Of a stretch of 49,816 bases of DNA, positions 36,787-46,039 are shown in pieces. Within the stretch, counting starts at the first letter, position 1; every line of letters begins with the position of its first letter. Where the stretch lies: assembly GCA_050309765.1 (NCBI GenBank), contig JBNRMU010000051.1, positions 1 through 49,816 of the forward strand, written 5' to 3'. The DNA comes from Christensenellales bacterium (GTDB taxonomy: Bacteria > Bacillota > Clostridia > Christensenellales > UBA1750). The notes beneath the pieces are model-generated. The model was not told the DNA's origin. It saw only the letters and a program-made list of their open reading frames with translations, and made no database searches. A program made the position numbers and the translations under genes.

Positions 36787-36850
36787 TATAACAATTCAGT
36801 GAATCGGGGAATGTTATCCCCGGCAGATTCGTATCGGAGCGTGATCATCC

Positions 36851-38287
36851 ATGCCGTTGGATCCCAAATCCACCTTTTCCCAGGGCAGTAGCCTGAAAAA
36901 AACTGTCAAATCCGGCCATACGTCCAAAAGCAGATTGATTTTGTACGTGCTGGCCGGCCTAGCGCTGCTTGGCATCCTCATCTTTGCCATCTACCGGCTG
37001 ACACGGCCCGAGGAAACAAAGGTGGAGGACAGTTGGGAAAACGTCTGGTTCACCAACACAGAGGTGGAGAACGTTCAATCCGTCGACATAGAACTTGCAA
37101 CGGGTGAAACCCTGCACGTAAGCTATGACGGCGAGTTGTACCACACCGAGGAGATCCCCGACGCGCTGCTCAGCCAGAGCGCCTGCCAGAGCGCCTTTGC
37201 CAACGCGGCGGAATTGCTGGCCGAGCGCCAAGCCGCAGACGATGTGACGGATCCCGCCGCCTTCGGCCTGAAGCCGCCCAAATCCGTGGTCACCATCCGC
37301 TTTTACGATGGCAAGGACTTTACCCTGGAGATCGGCGATCAGGCGCCCACCTCCGCCCATTACTACGTGCGCGAGGCGGGCAAGGAGCAGATCTACCTGA
37401 TGAAGGCACTGCTGGTGAATCTATACGCCGGCGGCCGTTCGGCCTTCCGCGACGTTTCCGGTTTTGCCATCGACACGGACAGTGTGGTCGCCCTTGAGCT
37501 GCAGCGGGAAGGCCAGCCCGACCTGCTGTTGGATTACATGGGCAAGCCTACGGGTTTCCGCTTCACCAGTTGGTACCTGCACGAGCCATTCCTGACGGAT
37601 GTGGTCAACGACGAGGTGGAAAACTATCTGCACAATATCGGCGCGCTGAAGCTCCTGAACTTTGTGGACGAGTGCGGGGACGAGGCTGCCTTTGCCCAGT
37701 ACGGCCTGGACCAGCCGCAGGCGCTGATCACCCTTTCCTACGGCGACAACAGCGGCGTTATCATTGCCGTGGGCGGCAGCGACAACCTGGGCAACCGCTA
37801 TCTGCGCTTCAACGAAAGCGCGGAGGTTTACCTGGGTGACCGGGACAGCCTCGCCTTCCTGGACGATCTTGAATTGCCCGGCCTGGTCAGCGAGTTCAGC
37901 AACATCTTCCAGTATCGGCAGGTTGCCGCATTGACCGTCACGCTGGACGGGAAAAGCACGACCTTCACCTTGGATCGCAGCGGCAAAGATACAACGGTCG
38001 CCCGCAGCGACGGCACCGCCGTGGACGAGGCCGCCTTCAAGGAGATGTTCCTTGCCATCTGCGACGTGAAGCGCTCCAACATCGTCTATGATCAAACACT
38101 GCCGGCGGACACAAAGGCCGCCCTCGTGCTTGAATACGGCTTTACGGATGGCAGCAGCGGCACCGTGGAATACCTGGACGCCAGCATCAACGACTACTAT
38201 CTGCGCAAAAACGGTTCCCTGGGCGTTTCCGTGCGCAAGGACGACTGTGCGGAAATGCTCTCGAAATTGCGCGCGCTGCTCCCCTAA
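36851..38287 (+). CDS. DUF4340-like membrane-anchored protein (mirror copy)
   Basis: Exact mirror of 11530..12966. Confidence 0.45.
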   Translation: MPLDPKSTFSQGSSLKKTVKSGHTSKSRLILYVLAGLALLGILIFAIYRLTRPEETKVEDSWENVWFTNTEVENVQSVDIELATGETLHVSYDGELYHTEEIPDALLSQSACQSAFANAAELLAERQAADDVTDPAAFGLKPPKSVVTIRFYDGKDFTLEIGDQAPTSAHYYVREAGKEQIYLMKALLVNLYAGGRSAFRDVSGFAIDTDSVVALELQREGQPDLLLDYMGKPTGFRFTSWYLHEPFLTDVVNDEVENYLHNIGALKLLNFVDECGDEAAFAQYGLDQPQALITLSYGDNSGVIIAVGGSDNLGNRYLRFNESAEVYLGDRDSLAFLDDLELPGLVSEFSNIFQYRQVAALTVTLDGKSTTFTLDRSGKDTTVARSDGTAVDEAAFKEMFLAICDVKRSNIVYDQTLPADTKAALVLEYGFTDGSSGTVEYLDASINDYYLRKNGSLGVSVRKDDCAEMLSKLRALLP

Positions 38288-38298
38288 AAGCGATACGC

Positions 38299-38337
38299 AA
38301 AAGCGGCCCTTATCCTTTGATAAGGGCCGCTTTTCCA
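38299..38337 (+). terminator. Terminator after the DUF4340-like gene (mirror copy)
   Basis: Exact mirror of 11480..11518. Confidence 0.8.
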
Positions 38338-38407
38338 TTCCAAAGAATACAAAAACTGCTGCGGATCATCTGTCGGCCTCTCCTTTTTCTAAAAAGCTTA
38401 TGGCAGT

Positions 38408-38436
38408 TTGCAGAGAATTTACATTTATGCTATACT
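38408..38436 (+). promoter_or_regulatory. Extended -10 promoter of the SPT-like/SDR operon (mirror copy)
   Basis: TTGCAG 38408-38413, 17-nt spacer ending in TGC, TATACT 38431-38436. Confidence 0.5.
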
Positions 38437-38582
38437 TTGGCATAGAACGATACGGGTTAATTGAGACAAATCGTCGAATTTTTGATATGTTTACCATTTG
38501 GGATGGCTTCCTGTTTATCTTTTATACGCATAGCCTGATCTCATTCCTATTCCAGTTTATTTATATAGCACGGAGGTATCTT

Positions 38583-39761
38583 ATGGACTTATTCGACAAA
38601 TGCGCAAACTTCACCAAGGCGAACGAGTACAGGGCCATGGGCATCTATCCTTATTTCCGGGCCCTGCAATCCCGGCAGGATGTGGAGGTCATCATGGAAG
38701 GCAAGCGCCGCATCATGCTGGGCTCCAACAACTACCTGGGGCTGACGACGGAACCCTCCATCGTGGAGGCCGGCATCAAGGCCTTTGAGCGCTACGGCAC
38801 CGGCTGCTCCGGCTCGCGCTTTCTGAACGGCACCCTGCAGATGCATTTGGAGTTGGAAAAAGAGCTGGCCGACTTCGTGCATAAGGAAAGCGCGGTCACC
38901 TTCTCCACCGGTTTTCAGTCCAATCTGGGCATCATCAGCGCGTTGGTGGGCCACAACGATTATGTGATCTGCGACCGCGAAAACCACGCCAGCATCTACG
39001 ACGGCTGTCGCTTGAGCTATGGCAAAATGCTGCGCTACCGCCATGCGGACATGGAGCACCTGAAGTCCATCCTGGAGCGCGTCAGCCAGGAGAACGCCGG
39101 CATCCTCATCGTGACCGACGGCGTGTTCTCCATGGGTGGCGACATCGCAAATCTCCCCGAGATCGTGCGTTTGGCCAGGGAGTACGGCGCGCGCGTCATG
39201 GTGGACGACGCCCACGGCCTGGGCGTGATCGGCGAGGGCGGTCGCGGCACCGCCAGCTACTTCGGTCTGGACGACGAGGTGGACGTCATCATGGGCACCT
39301 TCTCCAAGTCCCTGGCCAGCCTGGGCGGCTATATGGCCGCCAGCGAACAGGTATGCGATTATGTGCGGCACAACTCGCGCCCCTTTATCTTTTCCGCCTC
39401 CATCCCGCCCTCTGCCTGTGCGGTCGCCCAGGCGGCGCTGCGCCATTTAAAGGCCCATCCGGAGCTGCCGGAAAAGCTGCGCGATCTGGCTGCCTATGCG
39501 CGGGCCGGGCTCAAGGCCAGGCAGGTGCCCATCATCGAGGCCATCACCCCCATCGTGCCTATCTACACCTATGAACCGGACAACACGCTCATCAAGGCCC
39601 AGCAGCTTTACGAGGCGGGCGTGTACGTCAATCCCGTGCTTCCGCCGGCCGCCGCGCCCAATGAGTGCCTGCTGCGCACCAGTTACATGGCCTCGCTCAC
39701 CAAGCCGCTCATCGACGAAGCCGTCGAGATCATCGGCAACATCATAGGTGCCAAGGCATGA
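38583..39761 (+). CDS. SPT-like alpha-oxoamine synthase (mirror copy)
   Basis: Exact mirror of 10056..11234. GGAGG at 38572-38576, ATG at 38583. Confidence 0.7.
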   Translation: MDLFDKCANFTKANEYRAMGIYPYFRALQSRQDVEVIMEGKRRIMLGSNNYLGLTTEPSIVEAGIKAFERYGTGCSGSRFLNGTLQMHLELEKELADFVHKESAVTFSTGFQSNLGIISALVGHNDYVICDRENHASIYDGCRLSYGKMLRYRHADMEHLKSILERVSQENAGILIVTDGVFSMGGDIANLPEIVRLAREYGARVMVDDAHGLGVIGEGGRGTASYFGLDDEVDVIMGTFSKSLASLGGYMAASEQVCDYVRHNSRPFIFSASIPPSACAVAQAALRHLKAHPELPEKLRDLAAYARAGLKARQVPIIEAITPIVPIYTYEPDNTLIKAQQLYEAGVYVNPVLPPAAAPNECLLRTSYMASLTKPLIDEAVEIIGNIIGAKA

Positions 39762-40549
39762 AAAAGGTCGCCATCGTTACCGGCGGCAGCGAGGGCATCG
39801 GCCGCAGCACGGCGCAGCAGCTGCAAAAAGCGGGTCTGACCGTGTATGAGTTTTCCCGCCGCGACCGCCCCAGCGAAGGGGTCTTTCACATTTCCTGCGA
39901 CATCACGCAGGAAATGCAGGTCCGGCAGGCGGTCGATCAGGTGCTGACAAATGAGGGCCGCATCGACATCCTTATCAACAACGCCGGCTTTGGCATCTCA
40001 GGCGCGGCCGAAACCACGCAGCCCGCTGCCTCGCACGCCCAGCTGGAGCTGAACCTGTTCGGCACCGACAACGTGACGCGCGCCGTGCTGCCTGCCATGC
40101 GCCGGCAGGGCGGCGGCCGCATCGTGTGCGTGAGCTCCATCGCCGGCATCCTGCCCATCCCCTTCCAGCTGTGGTACAGCGTGAGCAAGTCCGCCCTCAT
40201 CTCCTATTGCCTGGCCCTGCAAAACGAGCTTCGGCCCTTTCACATCTCGGTGTGCGCCGTGCTCCCGGGCGATATCGCCTCCGGCTTTACGGACGCGCGG
40301 GTCAAGTCCGAGGAAGGCGACGACGTTTACGCCGGCCGCATCCAGCGCTCCGTCGCCGGCATGGAGCGCGACGAAAGGGGCGGCATGTCGCCGGATATCG
40401 CCGGCAAGGCCATTGCTCGCCTCGCCCTAAAGCCTCGCAGCCGGCCGCTGGTGGCCCTGGGTTTTTCCTACAAGTGCGCAGCGCTGCTGGCAAAGCTGTT
40501 GCCCCGCCGCCTATCCAACTGGATCGTGGGCCTGCTCTACGCAAGATAA
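39758..40549 (+). CDS. Short-chain dehydrogenase/reductase (mirror copy)
   Basis: Exact mirror of 9268..10059. ATGA overlap at 39758-39761. Confidence 0.8.
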   Translation: MKKVAIVTGGSEGIGRSTAQQLQKAGLTVYEFSRRDRPSEGVFHISCDITQEMQVRQAVDQVLTNEGRIDILINNAGFGISGAAETTQPAASHAQLELNLFGTDNVTRAVLPAMRRQGGGRIVCVSSIAGILPIPFQLWYSVSKSALISYCLALQNELRPFHISVCAVLPGDIASGFTDARVKSEEGDDVYAGRIQRSVAGMERDERGGMSPDIAGKAIARLALKPRSRPLVALGFSYKCAALLAKLLPRRLSNWIVGLLYAR

Positions 40550-40566
40550 AGCGCATGCGAACGATT

Positions 40567-40598
40567 CCGGCGTCCCTTGGACGCCGGTTTTGTTTTTG
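40567..40598 (+). terminator. Terminator after the SDR gene (mirror copy)
   Basis: Exact mirror of 9219..9250. Confidence 0.8.
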
Positions 40599-40637
40599 CA
40601 AATAAGCGCTGCGCGCCTTTGTTTTGTGCCTTGCATA

Positions 40638-40667
40638 TTGACGATTGCGGTCGCAAATTGCTACAAT
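40638..40667 (+). promoter_or_regulatory. Promoter of the C11 peptidase gene (mirror copy)
   Basis: TTGACG 40638-40643, TACAAT 40662-40667. Confidence 0.5.
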
Positions 40668-40798
40668 AAAGGGTGTGCAAGAGCCGTGCCTGCGCCGGAT
40701 CACCGCCTGCGCGGCGGCTTTCATTAGAGCATTTACACCGCATGTCTTTCATGCGGCCGCGTTCAGCAAAATACGTCTCTTCACTGGGAGGGAAACGA

Positions 40799-43276
40799 AT
40801 GCAAAACAGACCTTTGGGCAGACAAAAAAACGTTACCGGCACCGGTAAGCCCATCCAAAAACACGGCAGCGGGCTTGGCAGTGGTCCCGTCGGCCACGGC
40901 AGCGGTTCCGGCGGCAATTATTCCGGACGGCGTCCGCCGTCCTCCGGCAAAAGCTCCGGACAGACCCGCGCCTCCGGCGGCGGTTCGCTGATGAAGATCC
41001 TCATCGCCGCAGCAGTGCTGCTGCTGGGCGGCGGCGGGGCCTTGGGCGGTCTGCTCGGCGGCGGCGGTTCCGAACCCGTCACCGCGCCCAGCAGCGCCTA
41101 TGTGCAGCAGCAACAGCAACCCTACAGCAGCAGTCAAGGCGGCGCCTCGCAAAGCACCTCCAGCGGTTTGACGAGCGCAAGTGCCTACGGCGCGCAGGGC
41201 TTTGACTTTGCCAGCCTGCTCGGCAGCGGCGCGGGCAACGTTTCCACCGGCTGGAGCGAAACGCCCAACACGGGCAAGCTCAATACCTCCGTGGATGCCT
41301 CCGCCCGCGAAAAACGCACCCAGATTCTGGGTAACGGCCAGGACCAGGTAACCATCATGGTATACATCTGCGGCGCCGATCTGGAATCCAGAAGCGGCGC
41401 GGCTTCCGCCGACCTGATGGAGATGGTCTCCGCCAAGCTGAACGACCATGTGAACGTGCTCGTCTATACCGGCGGCAGCAAACAGTGGAAGAACAACGTC
41501 GTCTCCAGCTCTGCCAACCAGATCTACAAGGTCGAAAACGGCGGTTTGCGCTGCCTGGTCAAAAACGACGGCAACGCCGTCATGACCGACCCCAAGACGC
41601 TGACCCATTTCATCAACTTCTGCACGGAAAACTTCCCCGCCAACCGCAACGAGCTCATCTTCTGGGACCACGGCGGCGGTGCCATCAGCGGCTACGGCTA
41701 CGACGAAAAGAACCCCCGCAGCGGCTCCATGACCCTCAAAAAGATCGACGAGGCGCTCTCTGCCGCGGGCACGACCTTTGATTTTATCGGCTTTGACACC
41801 TGCCTGATGGGCACGCTGGAAAACGCCCTCACCTTGGCGCCCTATGCGGACTATCTCGTCGCCTCCGAGGAAACGGAGCCCGGCGCCGGCTGGTACTACA
41901 CCAACTGGCTGAGCGCCTTTGCCCAGAACCCCTCCATGCCCACGGTAGAGGTCGGCAAGGCCATCGTGGACGACTTTGTGGGCGTATGCAGCCAGCGCTG
42001 CAGCGGCCAGAAGGCCACGCTATCCGTGGTGGACCTGGCCGAGCTGGAAAAGACCGTGCCATCCAAGTTCCGCGAATTTGCCCTGAATCTCTCCGATCTG
42101 TTGCAGCAAAGCGAGTACAAGACCGTTTCCAAAGCGCGCAGCAGCACCCGCGAGTTTGCCACCTCCAGCAAGACCGACCAGGTGGACCTGGTGCATCTGG
42201 CCCACAATCTGGATACCGAGCAGAGCCGCGCGCTGGCGCAGGCCATATTGGGCGCGGTCAAGTACAACAAAACCTCTGCCAACATGACCGACGCCTACGG
42301 GCTTGCCATCTACTTCCCCTACCAGAAGGTCTCGCGCGTGGATAGCGCCGTTTCCGCCTTTGACGCCATCGGCCTGGACAGCGAATACACCCGTTGCATC
42401 CAGCAGTTTGCCAGCATGGAAGTGGGCGGCCAGGCCGTGTCCGGCGGCGCGGCGTCCCCCCTGCCCACGCTGCTCGGTTCCTCCGGTCAGAGCCTGCCCG
42501 GCATGGACATCGGCAGCCTGCTCGGCAGCTTGCTCGGCGGCGATGTGTCCGGCCTGTCCGGCTTTGGCGGCTCCGGTTCCAGCGCGAACTTCCTCGGCCG
42601 CAATCTGGACGTGGACAGCGCCACCCAGTACCTTTCCGAGAACCGCTTCGATCCCGCCGCACTGGTGTGGACACAGCGCGACGGCGTTTACCAGATGCTT
42701 CTGACCGAAGAACAGTGGTCCCTAGTGGACGATCTGGAGCTGAACGTCTTCTATGACGACGGCGAGGGCTATATCGATCTGGGCCTTGACAATGTGTTTG
42801 AGTTCACGAACGACGGCACGCTGCTGGGCGCCTTTGACGGCACCTGGCTGGCCATCGACGACCAGCCCGTAGCCTACTACCACGTGGACACCGTGCAGGA
42901 CGGCGACAAATACACCATCACCGGCCGCGTGCCCGTGCTGCTGAACGGCAGCCGTGCCGACCTGCTCTTGGTCTTTGACAGCGACAACCCCTACGGCTAC
43001 ATCGCCGGCGCCACCAGCGCCTATGTGAACGGCGAAACGGAGACCGTCTCCAAGAGCGATCTGGAGCTTGTAGAGGGCGACGAAATCTACTTCCTCTGCG
43101 ATTATTACAGCTACGACGGCCAATATCAGGACAGCTACCGCCTGACCGATGCGCCGCTGAAATACAGCGAGGATCTTGTGATCAGCAACGTTTATATCGA
43201 CAGCGAGCGGGCCAGCGCCATGTATCTGTTCACCGACATCTATTGCCAAAGCTACTGGACGCCGGCAATCCCGTAA
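40799..43276 (+). CDS. Clostripain-family C11 peptidase (mirror copy)
   Basis: Exact mirror of 6541..9018. Confidence 0.75.
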   Translation: MQNRPLGRQKNVTGTGKPIQKHGSGLGSGPVGHGSGSGGNYSGRRPPSSGKSSGQTRASGGGSLMKILIAAAVLLLGGGGALGGLLGGGGSEPVTAPSSAYVQQQQQPYSSSQGGASQSTSSGLTSASAYGAQGFDFASLLGSGAGNVSTGWSETPNTGKLNTSVDASAREKRTQILGNGQDQVTIMVYICGADLESRSGAASADLMEMVSAKLNDHVNVLVYTGGSKQWKNNVVSSSANQIYKVENGGLRCLVKNDGNAVMTDPKTLTHFINFCTENFPANRNELIFWDHGGGAISGYGYDEKNPRSGSMTLKKIDEALSAAGTTFDFIGFDTCLMGTLENALTLAPYADYLVASEETEPGAGWYYTNWLSAFAQNPSMPTVEVGKAIVDDFVGVCSQRCSGQKATLSVVDLAELEKTVPSKFREFALNLSDLLQQSEYKTVSKARSSTREFATSSKTDQVDLVHLAHNLDTEQSRALAQAILGAVKYNKTSANMTDAYGLAIYFPYQKVSRVDSAVSAFDAIGLDSEYTRCIQQFASMEVGGQAVSGGAASPLPTLLGSSGQSLPGMDIGSLLGSLLGGDVSGLSGFGGSGSSANFLGRNLDVDSATQYLSENRFDPAALVWTQRDGVYQMLLTEEQWSLVDDLELNVFYDDGEGYIDLGLDNVFEFTNDGTLLGAFDGTWLAIDDQPVAYYHVDTVQDGDKYTITGRVPVLLNGSRADLLLVFDSDNPYGYIAGATSAYVNGETETVSKSDLELVEGDEIYFLCDYYSYDGQYQDSYRLTDAPLKYSEDLVISNVYIDSERASAMYLFTDIYCQSYWTPAIP

Positions 43277-43296
43277 AGCAACCTACAAACAACGCC

Positions 43297-43344
43297 AGGG
43301 GCCTGACAAAAGCTTTTAGCTTTTGTCAGGCCCCTTCTTTTTCC
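43297..43344 (+). terminator. Terminator after the C11 gene (mirror copy)
   Basis: Exact mirror of 6473..6520. Confidence 0.8.
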
Positions 43345-43374
43345 ATGGCCCGCAAATTAATGCAAACAAACCCA

Positions 43375-43404
43375 TTGCGCAATGGAAAATCCCTGTGATA
43401 TAAT
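43375..43404 (+). promoter_or_regulatory. Promoter of the MBL gene (mirror copy)
   Basis: TTGCGC 43375-43380, TGATATAAT 43396-43404. Confidence 0.45.
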
Positions 43405-43446
43405 TGTATACGCAAGTAATTGATTGTAACGAGGAGGAACCCTTCT

Positions 43447-44451
43447 ATGGCTGGCAACACCTACAAGGACTTTAATGCGCCCAAAAACGATGCCGCCCAG
43501 CGCCCTGCAAACGGCGGCCTGAAAACGCCGATCCTCACAGAGGTCGGCTACAAGACCTGGTGCGTAAACGAGTTCGGCTGCAACAACATGTATGTGCTCG
43601 AGGGCAAGGACCGCGCCCTGGTTGTGGACGCGGGCATGGGCTACTGCAACTTCCGCGAGATCGTCGAAAGCCTGACCGACAAGCCCTATGACGTGGTCAT
43701 CACCCACGCCCATCCCGACCACATCGGCATGATGCACCAGTTCGATCGCATCTACATCAACAAAACCGAGGTCGATATGGCCCGTCCCATGGGCCACGGC
43801 GGCGGCGATAAAGGCGGGATGGACAGCATCCGCTGGCTCACCAGGCCGGACTTTAACATGGACGAGTTTATCTGGAACAACCGCCTGCACATCGGCCACT
43901 GGGAGATCTGGAACCCGGACGAAAGCTGCATCAACCGCGGCGACCGGGACACCGAGATCTGCTATATCAAGGAAGGCGACAGCTTCGACCTTGGCGGCGG
44001 CCGCGTGGTGACCGCCTACAATCTGCCCGGACACAGCCCCGGACACCTGTATTTCATCGACGAGGGCGAAAAGATGGCCTTCACCGGCGACTGCGTGAAC
44101 TTCAACAACGGCACGCGCACCCATGCTGCCAGCACGCACATCCGCTACCTGAAGCGATTTATCGACCAGTACAACGCAGGCATGTTCCGCCAGATCTTCA
44201 CCGGCCACAGCACTTACTGCGGCATCATCGATGTCATGAGCCAGGACATCCGCATCGTGGAAAACCTGCTGGAGATGCACCGCAAATACCTGCGCGGCGA
44301 CCCCGATCTGGAATATGTGGACATCAAGTTCCATCTCTTCCCCGACCGCCCCGCCCAGAAGGGCATGGCCTACGGCGAGGGCTATACCCGCGTGCAGGTA
44401 ACGCTGCCCCCGGTCAAGTGGGAGGATGGCGAGGAGCACATCGTTCCCTGA
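43447..44451 (+). CDS. MBL-fold metallo-hydrolase (mirror copy)
   Basis: Exact mirror of 5366..6370. Confidence 0.75.
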   Translation: MAGNTYKDFNAPKNDAAQRPANGGLKTPILTEVGYKTWCVNEFGCNNMYVLEGKDRALVVDAGMGYCNFREIVESLTDKPYDVVITHAHPDHIGMMHQFDRIYINKTEVDMARPMGHGGGDKGGMDSIRWLTRPDFNMDEFIWNNRLHIGHWEIWNPDESCINRGDRDTEICYIKEGDSFDLGGGRVVTAYNLPGHSPGHLYFIDEGEKMAFTGDCVNFNNGTRTHAASTHIRYLKRFIDQYNAGMFRQIFTGHSTYCGIIDVMSQDIRIVENLLEMHRKYLRGDPDLEYVDIKFHLFPDRPAQKGMAYGEGYTRVQVTLPPVKWEDGEEHIVP

Positions 44452-44493
44452 CAAACGCGCAGGCAAACAGTGCCGAAAAAACATTGTTTCTGA

Positions 44494-44530
44494 ATAAAAA
44501 CGCCGCCCCTTTGCATCAAAGGGGCGGCGT
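44494..44530. terminator. Hairpin terminator between convergent genes (mirror copy)
   Basis: Exact mirror of 5287..5323. Confidence 0.6.
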
Positions 44531-44599
44531 ATGCTGTTCTTGCGCCGTTTTAATCTGTTCGGCGGGATCCACGCCGGTACTGCCGCTCTGTTTTTTGCC

Positions 44600-44638
44600 A
44601 AAGAAAAGCCGCTGCAAAGGCTCTTTGTCAGCGGCTTT
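44600..44638 (-). terminator. pfkA terminator (mirror copy)
   Basis: Exact mirror of 5179..5217. Confidence 0.65.
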
Positions 44639-44652
44639 GAACTTAATAACGT

Positions 44653-45675
44653 TTACCTTGCCAGTATATCCGCAAGGGTGATCAGATGCTTGTCCACGCG
44701 GTTTTTCATCGAGGTCGCCTTATCGGTATCCACGGTCACTATGCGGTTGCGCCGGATGCCCACGCACACGTTGGCCTTGCCTTCACGCAGGGCGTCCACC
44801 GCGGCCTCGCCCATGCGGGCAGCCAGGATGCGGTCCGACGCGGTGGGAGAACCGCCGCGCTGCACATGGCCGATGACACAGCCGCGGGCGTCCACCCGCT
44901 GGCCGACAAGGTCGGCGTTCTGGTTCAGCCATTCGGCGATGTAATCGGCGGTGAAATACTCGTTCTTGGACTGGAAGGTCACGCCCTCGGCCATGACAAT
45001 GATGCCGTACTTCTTGCCGCGGCCAAAGGACACGCGCAGCTTTTTGACGATATACTCCAGCCACTGCTTGTCGCTGAGCTTCATCTCCGGCACCAATATG
45101 GCCTCGGCGCCGGCGGCAATGCCGGAATGCACGGCGATGTCGCCGCAGTTGCGGCCCATCACCTCCACCACGGACACGCGGCCGTGGGAGGCCATGGTAT
45201 CGCGCAGCTTGTTGATGTTTTCCACGCAGGTGTTGACGGCGGTATCAAAGCCGATGGTGTAATCGGTGTAGCCAAGGTCATTGTCGATGGTGCCGGGCAG
45301 GCCGACGGTGGGGATGCCGCTTTCCTTATACAGGACGCTCGAGCCCCTGAAGGAGCCGTCGCCGCCGCAGACGACCAGGCCCTCAATGCCGTATTTGCGC
45401 AGGGTCTTGTAGCAGTCCTCGCGCAGCTGCCTGTCGGTGGCAAAGCCGGGCAGGCGCGCGGTGCCGAGGAATGTGCCGCCGCGATGGATGATATCGCCGA
45501 CAGAACCGGCGTAAAGCTCTTCCACCTCGTCGCGCTTCAGTCCCATATAGCCGTCGCGAATGCCCAGTATCTCCATATCGTAATACAGCGCGGAACGCAC
45601 CACCGCGCGCACAGCGGCATTCATGCCGGGCGCGTCGCCGCCGCTGGTCAGGATTCCGATTCTATGCATAGCCAT
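44653..45675 (-). CDS. pfkA: 6-phosphofructokinase (mirror copy)
   Basis: Exact mirror of 4142..5164. Confidence 0.92.
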   Translation of the reverse strand: MAMHRIGILTSGGDAPGMNAAVRAVVRSALYYDMEILGIRDGYMGLKRDEVEELYAGSVGDIIHRGGTFLGTARLPGFATDRQLREDCYKTLRKYGIEGLVVCGGDGSFRGSSVLYKESGIPTVGLPGTIDNDLGYTDYTIGFDTAVNTCVENINKLRDTMASHGRVSVVEVMGRNCGDIAVHSGIAAGAEAILVPEMKLSDKQWLEYIVKKLRVSFGRGKKYGIIVMAEGVTFQSKNEYFTADYIAEWLNQNADLVGQRVDARGCVIGHVQRGGSPTASDRILAARMGEAAVDALREGKANVCVGIRRNRIVTVDTDKATSMKNRVDKHLITLADILAR

Positions 45676-45695
45676 AACTATCTGTATCTCCTCTT

Positions 45696-45920
45696 TTAAA
45701 ATCCTTTTTCAAAAATGGTTTCTCTGGCTGCCTCAGATTCCGCAGATAAAACCAGTATTTCGTAATAATTGTCCTCATCGCCGCGGTTCTTGTACACGGG
45801 CTGCAGCCGCACGAGGATGCCCTCCTCCGCCAGTTTCTGCTCCAGGCGCTTCGCAGCGGACAGGGACCGGACCATATGGATCACGATCCAGGCACCGCGG
45901 CTGTTCACCTTGGCTTTCAC
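45696..45920 (-). CDS. Small hypothetical protein (mirror copy)
   Basis: Exact mirror of 3897..4121. Confidence 0.4.
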   Translation of the reverse strand: MKAKVNSRGAWIVIHMVRSLSAAKRLEQKLAEEGILVRLQPVYKNRGDEDNYYEILVLSAESEAARETIFEKGF

Positions 45921-45972
45921 TGAAGTTGAGGCCCCTTTCTCTGCAGAAGAGCGATGTTTAAAGCTGTTTGGA

Positions 45973-46001
45973 AGTATAGCACAGTATAGCGCGTAGTTCA
46001 A
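45973..46001 (-). promoter_or_regulatory. Candidate promoter (mirror copy of 3816..3844)
   Basis: Exact mirror. Confidence 0.45.
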
Positions 46002-46039
46002 GCAAAAACACCTGATTTTTCGTCTTTTTCAGCAAAAGA